Notes under the pieces: model-generated
Database searches by the model: none
Seen by the model: the letters and a program-made list of their open reading frames with translations, nothing else
Told to the model about the DNA's origin: nothing
Assembly: GCA_021399345.1 (NCBI GenBank)
Contig: JAAFKI010000051.1
Coordinates: 16,036 to 80,035 of the forward strand
DNA from: Candidatus Heimdallarchaeota archaeon
Lineage (GTDB): Archaea; Asgardarchaeota; Heimdallarchaeia; Heimdallarchaeales; Heimdallarchaeaceae
Reading direction: 5' to 3'
DNA: 64,000 nucleotides
Program-made: the position numbers and the translations under genes
In this document: piece by piece, positions 57,551 through 64,000 of the stretch
Position numbering within the stretch: the first letter of the stretch is position 1
How the letters are laid out: every line of letters begins with the position of its first letter

Positions 57551-58474
57551 ATGCGTTTCACTGGTCTAAATCCCGAAGATAAGCTCATGGAAGAAATCCA
57601 ACAATCTTACGACGAGGAAGATGAGGATATAGATGAGATTCTAGACCAGAAAAGTTTCACTGAATCGGATGTAAAGGAACTACAAGAACGAAATAGAATT
57701 CTTCTTGAAGCACTTAGAAAGGTTAAACTTCTAGTTGAAAGACTTCTTGTCCAAAATAGGGGCCTTAAAAAAAGAGTTGAGGGTTTGGAAGAAGAATTCA
57801 AACAACAAAGCAAGAAAGGTGTAAAACTAGTCTCTGCAGCAAGATATTCAGAGATGCAGAATAATGCAACAGAACTTGCTCGTAGTTTACCCAAACTAAT
57901 TAAATTAATTAAACTTCTAAATCAAGAAAATAAACTTGTAAAAGATAAATATGATACTTTAGAGAATGAATTTGAAGATTTAATTGATGAAAGAGATGGT
58001 TTGAAGGGTAAACTAATTCTACTTAACGAAGCTAATCAAGCTCAAGTTTTAACAGAATTAACTGAACTTTTCCCAACAGAAGCACTAGCTGCAAAAGCTG
58101 CTAAAGCGATGTCATCTCCTGAAAAACGTAAAGCTATAGTTGAAAATGATATAGAACCCGATTCAAAAACCATTGCAGTAGCAACAAGTGAATCTGTTTC
58201 GAGTTTTGAAGAACAAGCTAAAACAGATCTGCTTACAGTATCTGGTTTTAGTAATGAACAAATTACAAAATTGGTAAATCTTGTAATGGAAATCAATGAT
58301 AAAATAGAAAATCTTAGTGGGACCATGGTAGTACCAGGTCCTTCAAGAAGAAAGGGTAAACTTGATCTTGACCTTAGTGAAGCTATAACTGAAGGGGAAT
58401 TAGAAAAAACAGATGACCCACCAGATAGACCAGATTTAGAAGAGGTTCTAGATGATATACTTATTTCTGGATAA
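57551..58474 (+). CDS. Coiled-coil protein of unknown function
   Basis: Heptad-rich segments, acidic termini. Confidence 0.7.
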   Translation: MRFTGLNPEDKLMEEIQQSYDEEDEDIDEILDQKSFTESDVKELQERNRILLEALRKVKLLVERLLVQNRGLKKRVEGLEEEFKQQSKKGVKLVSAARYSEMQNNATELARSLPKLIKLIKLLNQENKLVKDKYDTLENEFEDLIDERDGLKGKLILLNEANQAQVLTELTELFPTEALAAKAAKAMSSPEKRKAIVENDIEPDSKTIAVATSESVSSFEEQAKTDLLTVSGFSNEQITKLVNLVMEINDKIENLSGTMVVPGPSRRKGKLDLDLSEAITEGELEKTDDPPDRPDLEEVLDDILISG

Positions 58475-58505
58475 TGAATTTTAATTGTTTTAGAGGTGAT
58501 ATGAG

Positions 58506-58952
58506 ATGTCTAACACAGAGAGTTTTGAATATGAAATTAATATGATTAAAAAAGATAATTACAAATTTGAAGTAGATTTTGGTAAAAGTACAATCCCTAA
58601 TCTACTTCTAGATGAATCAGAGGAAATTCCAGGGGGAGAGGGGCTTGGACCAACAGCATCCATGCTTCTTGCCACTGCAGTAGGGAATTGTCTATCTGCC
58701 TCTCTTATATTTTGTGTCACAAAGAAGAAACTAGCTGTCACAAACTTGAAAACTAAAGTAAAGTTTACAAGAAAAAGAAACGAAGATGGTTTTTGGAGAA
58801 TATCCAAAATAGATGTAAATTTAGAACCTGAAGTTGAAAGTAAGGAAGCTGCTCAGTATATCAAGTGTGTAGATATTTTCAGAAATTACTGTATAGTAAG
58901 TGGAAGTATAGCAGCAGGAATTCCAATTAATTTGACAGTTGATGGAAAATAG
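58506..58952 (+). CDS. OsmC/Ohr family protein
   Basis: LDE, GPT..LLA.AVGNCL, FRNYCIVSGSI (two Cys). Confidence 0.88.
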   Translation: MSNTESFEYEINMIKKDNYKFEVDFGKSTIPNLLLDESEEIPGGEGLGPTASMLLATAVGNCLSASLIFCVTKKKLAVTNLKTKVKFTRKRNEDGFWRISKIDVNLEPEVESKEAAQYIKCVDIFRNYCIVSGSIAAGIPINLTVDGK

Positions 58953-59159
58953 AGAGAGTTTCAGCTCCCCGTTTTTATTGCATTACTCTCGTTTAATGTA
59001 GTGCATGAACATCATTAACTCTCAAACGAACATCTAGATGGCATCTAATATTACTTTTGTTTAAACACTAGATATCTTGCGAAATAAAAAGCCTAGTTTA
59101 GGCAAAACCTTTAAAAAATGTAATACTGAATCACATAATACGCAAATAATACGTGCAAA

Positions 59160-60164
59160 GTGAGAATAATGACTCCAAAAACAAGCGGAAATAGAGCTTC
59201 AAATGTTTATACAATAAATGTTCCTAAAAATTTCAAAGATGCAGTTTTGGAACAATCACAACAATTCGGGGGAGCTAGTCAGATTATAACGCTTTCTCTT
59301 GATGATTTAGCACTAAGAGTAAGAAAAATGAAAAATCGAATTAACATCATAGAGGAACTTAATGATTATATCAAATTGGAAGTTCTTCTGATGAAACGCT
59401 ATGAAGAAGAGTCAAAGAAAAAACGAGAAGCAAAACTTTCTTTTCGATTAAAAGATCAAGTTAGTCAAGAAAGTTTGATGTCTATTAAGAAAAAAACAGG
59501 CTGGTCAACTTCTAAAACGGTCAGAATTTCTCTATTGTGGTATCTTTATGCCAATTTTGATGAATTTGTTGCTTCAGAAAACTTCGTACCTTTACTGAAG
59601 TGTTCGTTCTGTGGTTTTGTAACCCATGATCAAAGAGCCTTAGGAGTCCACATTCAAACACTACATGAGACTGTCTGTCCATATTGTGGAAAACATCATC
59701 CAATAACTGAAGATCATCACTGCAAACAGAAAGAAGCTGCTGCTCTACATTTTGAAGAAACCCCTGTTAGTCAAGATCAAACTACTATTGATCAGTTTAC
59801 ATCAGTACCTTTAGCAGATCTAGATTTAGATGAATCTAATCTAATGCGCCAACTAGGTTTAAGTGATCTTGGTTCTTTAAAGCCTTCTGAGGAAGAATCA
59901 AAAGTTTCTGATTTATCTTCTATGCTACCTGACAAAGAAGTATTTGATGAATCTGAAGCACAATTAGAAACAATTAGTGATGAAATTTCAAGAGTTGGTG
60001 GAACTCTTGTTGATCTTCCAGATGGTAGTTCTCTAAAGGATGTAGTAGAAGAAAGAAGGAAGACACAAAAATCTAAAAAAGCAAAGGACGAAAAAATAGA
60101 CCAATTACAAGACGAAATCTCTGAAATCCTTGAATCCTTGAAAGAAGATGGATTATTAGAGTGA
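59160..60164 (+). CDS. Putative DNA-binding protein: two RHH-like segments, C2H2 finger, second zinc motif, acidic tail
   Basis: YTINVP..ASQII, LSFRL..STSKTVR, CSFC-x12-H-x4-H, CPYC...HHC. Confidence 0.6.
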   Translation: MRIMTPKTSGNRASNVYTINVPKNFKDAVLEQSQQFGGASQIITLSLDDLALRVRKMKNRINIIEELNDYIKLEVLLMKRYEEESKKKREAKLSFRLKDQVSQESLMSIKKKTGWSTSKTVRISLLWYLYANFDEFVASENFVPLLKCSFCGFVTHDQRALGVHIQTLHETVCPYCGKHHPITEDHHCKQKEAAALHFEETPVSQDQTTIDQFTSVPLADLDLDESNLMRQLGLSDLGSLKPSEEESKVSDLSSMLPDKEVFDESEAQLETISDEISRVGGTLVDLPDGSSLKDVVEERRKTQKSKKAKDEKIDQLQDEISEILESLKEDGLLE

Positions 60165-60222
60165 TTGATACAATAACAACTATAAAATAAAAGTAACTAT
60201 ACGTAAGTATGGAGTATCTCTA

Positions 60223-61074
60223 ATGACAAGTAATCTGAAAATACTTCTCTGTGAAGATGATGATGATATTGCTTTTCTTATCAAAGTAAATATTTTAAAG
60301 TCTTATCCAGATGCAGAAGTGTTTATTACTACAACAAAAGAAGAAACTCTAACTCTTTTATTAGATATGAAATATGATATAGATGTGATATTGCTCGATT
60401 ATTTACTGGTTAATACAACTGGTTTAGAAATACTTGAAGAAATCAGGAAAGTAACAGAGATACCTGTGATAATGATAACAGGTCAAGGATCTGAAGAAGT
60501 TGCAGTAAGTGCAATGAAACTAGGAGCTTCTGATTATATTGTGAAGCGGGGTAGATTCTTTAATCAAATTCCTAATGTAATAGAGAAAGTAACCAAAGTA
60601 GAGTCGAAGTATGATTTGGATAAGATTTTTGTTTCTTTCTTTAGATTTGGTGATTCAGGAACTGATCCTATCTACATCGAAAAAATCCCTGCTGAATATG
60701 AGAATGTTCGAGAAACTGTTATTTTAGCCTTAGGGGTACTACTTTTCACCATTTTTGGTATGGGAGAACTTGAAATGCTTGAATCTGGAACTATTTCCGG
60801 ACCAGTAAAGATACCAAAAATGAAACATTATAATGCTACTAGTTTTCTCTATGTAGTGAGTGACAAAAACCAAAAAGATCCTAGATTCAGAGGTGTTGAT
60901 TACTGTATCGTAGCTTTGGGCTATCCTGCAGAATATTCAGAATTAGTTTATGGAATTGATAAAATTAAGAATATTTTGAATAAATTCTTTGAAGGAGTGA
61001 CAGATATTTCTGAGGTAAAGGAAAAAGCTAAATTGGTAGAAGAACAAATATACAATGTTGTTCGAAGGTTCTAA
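60223..61074 (+). CDS. Response-regulator receiver domain fused to an uncharacterised C-terminal domain
   Basis: LLCEDD, LLDY, TGLE, ITG.G, GASDYIVK. Confidence 0.88.
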   Translation: MTSNLKILLCEDDDDIAFLIKVNILKSYPDAEVFITTTKEETLTLLLDMKYDIDVILLDYLLVNTTGLEILEEIRKVTEIPVIMITGQGSEEVAVSAMKLGASDYIVKRGRFFNQIPNVIEKVTKVESKYDLDKIFVSFFRFGDSGTDPIYIEKIPAEYENVRETVILALGVLLFTIFGMGELEMLESGTISGPVKIPKMKHYNATSFLYVVSDKNQKDPRFRGVDYCIVALGYPAEYSELVYGIDKIKNILNKFFEGVTDISEVKEKAKLVEEQIYNVVRRF

Positions 61075-62240
61075 TTTTCTTTTAATTTCAGGAAAATTTT
61101 CTTGTACTCTTCCTCTAGTTTGACGATTTCTGTTTCCCAGTTGAACTTATTCGTGTATATTTCTGAAGCTGTTTTCTTCATATCTTTCAATCTCTCATGA
61201 TCTTGCATGAGTATAACGATTGCATCAGCTATTTCCTGCGGAGAAGTAGGATCAATTAGTATTCCAAGATTATCTATTCCCAAAGTAGCTCTCTGTAATC
61301 CTTCAAAATTTGAGCCGATAAATGGAACACCTGCGGAGCAATATTCATACAAACGATTAGGTATTCTCAAGAAATTGTTCCTTCCTGGTTGAAATAATAT
61401 CAATCCCACATCACAACTACGCATAATAGAAAGAGCATCCAAGTAATTCATCCATCCTGTTACTTTAAAGTACTCTGAAAGATTATATTTCTCTATTAAT
61501 TGTTCCATTGGTTCTAAAGATGTTCCTGACCCCATAACTAGGAATTCAAGTTCAGTCGGTTTGAATTTCTCACTTAATATTTTTGCTGCTTCAACAGTCT
61601 TAAAATAACCCAGATTATGATACATTACACCAAAATGTACAACTACGAACTTCTTATCAGTAGTGTACTCTTGTGGAATGTTTTTCTTGTGGGCAGCTTC
61701 CACATCTTTTCTAGAAGGATAATTAGCAATCCATGAACTCTCGACTTTGTATTTTCTTTTGAGGTTTTCAGAATAAGTTATTCCTGCTGTAACAACACCT
61801 TGAACTCTTTTGATGTAATATCTCTCTACCCAGGTATAACCCCACAAACCAAGAAATCCAAAAGTTTCTGACATCTGTTCTGGAAAATTCTCATGACTAT
61901 CGTAGACTAGTATTTTTGCATTTTTCTTCAATCTTGTTGCTAAAGGAAGAACATTTAGATCATGAAGATGAATAATATCATACTGGTTCTTACCAACAAG
62001 ATTCTTAACATTCTTCCAGAATTCGAAATACTTGAAAAAGAGCTTTTTTGAGCTTGGAACTCTAAGAATGGTGTACCCATCTCGTTTTTCTTCATTATCT
62101 AAATTACCCTTAGGATTTGTTCCAATAACTGTCACTGTATGTCCTTTACTAGCCAAATACCTTGCTTCTTTCTCTACTCTTACATCAGGAGCAACAGTAC
62201 TTAGAACAACCATCAAAATATTCCAGTTTTCTTGAGGCAT
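61071..62240 (-). CDS. GT4 family glycosyltransferase
   Basis: DVRVEKEA, HLHD, YDSHE, PNRLYEY..AGVP, FNWE. Confidence 0.9.
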   Translation of the reverse strand: MPQENWNILMVVLSTVAPDVRVEKEARYLASKGHTVTVIGTNPKGNLDNEEKRDGYTILRVPSSKKLFFKYFEFWKNVKNLVGKNQYDIIHLHDLNVLPLATRLKKNAKILVYDSHENFPEQMSETFGFLGLWGYTWVERYYIKRVQGVVTAGITYSENLKRKYKVESSWIANYPSRKDVEAAHKKNIPQEYTTDKKFVVVHFGVMYHNLGYFKTVEAAKILSEKFKPTELEFLVMGSGTSLEPMEQLIEKYNLSEYFKVTGWMNYLDALSIMRSCDVGLILFQPGRNNFLRIPNRLYEYCSAGVPFIGSNFEGLQRATLGIDNLGILIDPTSPQEIADAIVILMQDHERLKDMKKTASEIYTNKFNWETEIVKLEEEYKKIFLKLKEN

Positions 62241-62525
62241 TGCTTTTAGAGGAGTATTTTAACTTATCAAGGTTTTTATTAAACACTTCAAATCTCGATT
62301 TTATGTGTCGTTTTATAATTAAAACTATCTGTTGACCTCAAAAAAAGAAGGCTAACGAAAATCAAGATTCTCTTCATGTGCTCGCAGATTAAAATTTGAT
62401 TGAATTTATTTATGGATTCTTATCAAGATGGATTTCCAAATACATCAAAAGATTGAAACAATAGTTTGAAAGAACCAGTAAAAGTCAGAAATATACATAA
62501 ATGTTTGATTACTTAAAAAATTATA

Positions 62526-62747
62526 ATGGTATCAGAAAATGATTTTGGGTTAGCAATTTTTCGCCCCTCTATATACAAATTTCTTCATATGGCAAGATGG
62601 AAAGACGTTGAGAAGAAAGTTTTAGACTGTGGAGCGGGGGGTAATAATCCTCCTTTGGCACTTTTCAGTAAGCATGGTTATGGGGCTTATGGGATAGATA
62701 TTTCTGATAATGCGCTTGATGAAGAGAGAAATTTTGCAAAACACTAA
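62526..62747 (+). pseudogene. Truncated class I SAM methyltransferase
   Basis: VLDCGAGG..PPL, YGIDIS then stop at 73 aa; no room for the remainder. Confidence 0.7.
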
Positions 62748-62767
62748 GAAAAGGATGATGATGGCAT

Positions 62768-63562
62768 ATGGATATAATAGAACTCACCCCCTCGATTTTT
62801 ATCTGTCAAGATGACAACTATTACTTAGTGAATAGCTGTTGTGTAATTCTGGATTCAGAGCTAATATTCATTGATACAGGCTTGAATAATAACACTGCAA
62901 AGAAATTCGTCCGCGAAATGAAAAACAGAACTGATATGAAGAATATAAAACTGGTTTTAACCCATGCCCATGGAGATCATATAGGTGGGATAAAACCATT
63001 TGAGAACTGTCCAATAATAGTTTCAGAATATTTTCGTGGCTCATTGAATGAGAATATGAAACGATATAATTGGGGAGAAAAACGAAAAAAATACTATAAT
63101 TCGCTGGATTTTGATGTACTTACAAATCAGAAGATTATTGGTGATGAAGATAACTATATTATTTTCAAACAGATGGGTGGCCACAGCCTTGAATCGATAT
63201 ATGGATACTTTCCAAAAGACAAGATACTAATTGCAGGGGACAATTTGCTTAGCAAGATGGCCCAATATTTTCCTTTTTCCAATACCAATCTTGATGATTG
63301 GATTATCGGTTTACAAGAATGGGAGAAAATGGATATTGATTGGGTTGTCGTTGGTCATGGAGATGTTGTAAAGAAGGATCATATAACTAGAGTAAGAGAG
63401 TTCTTTGAAGAACTAGTGCTTTTCCTTGAGCGTTCTACCTCAGAAAAACTATCTGTTGAGCAGGTACTATCTCATGAACATTGCCCCACCTACTTTGAAG
63501 ATGATCCGGAAAAATTGACGGTTATGGGGATTGAAGCATATTATAAGCGGATGCTTGAATAG
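62768..63562 (+). CDS. Metallo-beta-lactamase fold hydrolase (cyclase/glyoxalase II-like)
   Basis: IDTG, THAHGDH, GGHS, AGD, GHG. Confidence 0.9.
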   Translation: MDIIELTPSIFICQDDNYYLVNSCCVILDSELIFIDTGLNNNTAKKFVREMKNRTDMKNIKLVLTHAHGDHIGGIKPFENCPIIVSEYFRGSLNENMKRYNWGEKRKKYYNSLDFDVLTNQKIIGDEDNYIIFKQMGGHSLESIYGYFPKDKILIAGDNLLSKMAQYFPFSNTNLDDWIIGLQEWEKMDIDWVVVGHGDVVKKDHITRVREFFEELVLFLERSTSEKLSVEQVLSHEHCPTYFEDDPEKLTVMGIEAYYKRMLE

Positions 63563-63575
63563 ATAGATTTTTTTC

Positions 63576-63707
63576 ATGTATGATGTGGATAAGTATCCTT
63601 TGAATAGTTCTCTTGAAAGATTAGATATCAAGTTCGCTTATTTTATAATATCCTTACTCTTGATTGGTATAACCGCCATTTTAAAAAGAAATTTTTTAAT
63701 AATCTAA
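63576..63707 (+). pseudogene. 43-codon ORF resembling the DxYPL + TM anchor tail of cell-surface proteins
   Basis: MYDVDKYPLNSSLERLDIKFAYFIISLLLIGITAILKRNFLII*. Confidence 0.35.
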
Positions 63708-63860
63708 CTTAACCGTAGATGACTGAAGTATAAGAACTTACTCAATCTTGCCAGAAGTCTTCTAGTGGGTGTATATTGCGTTCTCAAGCGAGGGAGATGG
63801 TGCTTTCCCCTTTCTCCATTTTTCTACGAGTTTAAATATGAAAGTGAGGATATATAGGTA

Positions 63861-64000
63861 GTGCTAGGTGAATACTCACCTTTCCTATGGTTCGCAGGTG
63901 CGTGACCACCTGTCCCTCAGTTAGTACTGTTTGAACCATTCAGCACGTCGCGCAATGGGTGGAATGACGTCGGAGTTCATGCGCACTCCCTTCTTTCCTC
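63861..64000. ncRNA. GC-rich structured non-coding element, unidentified, probably continuing beyond the window
   Basis: 74/140 G+C in an AT-rich window; at least seven complementary stems; TTTAAATA at 63831. Confidence 0.5.

Noticed and set aside
58953-59023. SECIS element after osmC
   Set aside because: The upstream gene has no in-frame TGA and uses Cys; the hairpin lacks a clear archaeal SECIS motif.
174-62235. Many short ORF-track entries antisense or overlapping to real genes (e.g. 174-359, 3495-3755, 8286-8765, 55970-56323)
   Set aside because: Shadow frames of well-supported genes, with no motifs of their own.
63885-64000. Hammerhead ribozyme or RNase P RNA on the minus strand (CTGAGGG...GAAC; GAGGAAAG)
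   Set aside because: Cores deviate from CUGANGA/GAAA and GAGGAAAGUCC, and no other conserved elements were found.
1-64000. CRISPR array, cas genes, integrase or transposase
   Set aside because: No regularly spaced repeats and no such ORFs recognised; the only periodicity is the 84-bp zinc-finger coding repeat.

Overview
AT-rich, gene-dense archaeal chromosome segment. It is most likely from an Asgard archaeon, with Heimdallarchaeia plausible; this is inferred from archaeal core genes plus ARPC4-like and longin-like proteins. Housekeeping content includes the fixABCX/ETF operon, TET peptidase, geranylgeranyl reductase, tldD/pmbA, family B polymerase, LarA-like protein, tRNA-Gly(CCC), the lonB-prs-trm11-rnz-UPF0201-UPF0200-thpR-cca cluster, transporters and envelope genes. 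The standout is a ~2.55 kb island (933-3488) bracketed by two ~82% identical direct copies of the last 96 bp of fixX. It encodes a membrane protein and a protein with eight tandem Kruppel-type zinc fingers (TGEKP-type linkers) fused to a predicted PD-(D/E)xK nuclease-like domain and a C-terminal PIP box: a candidate natural, PCNA-coupled zinc-finger nuclease on an integrase-less mobile cassette. Other oddities are an ARPC4-like protein, an IscU-like domain inserted inside an ABC ATPase, and several apparent pseudoenzymes (two cysteine-desulfurase paralogues lacking the PLP lysine, a CCA enzyme with degenerate carboxylates, a proofreading-dead PolB). There is also a GC-rich structured non-coding element at the right edge. 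All family assignments come from motif recognition by eye; no searches were run.
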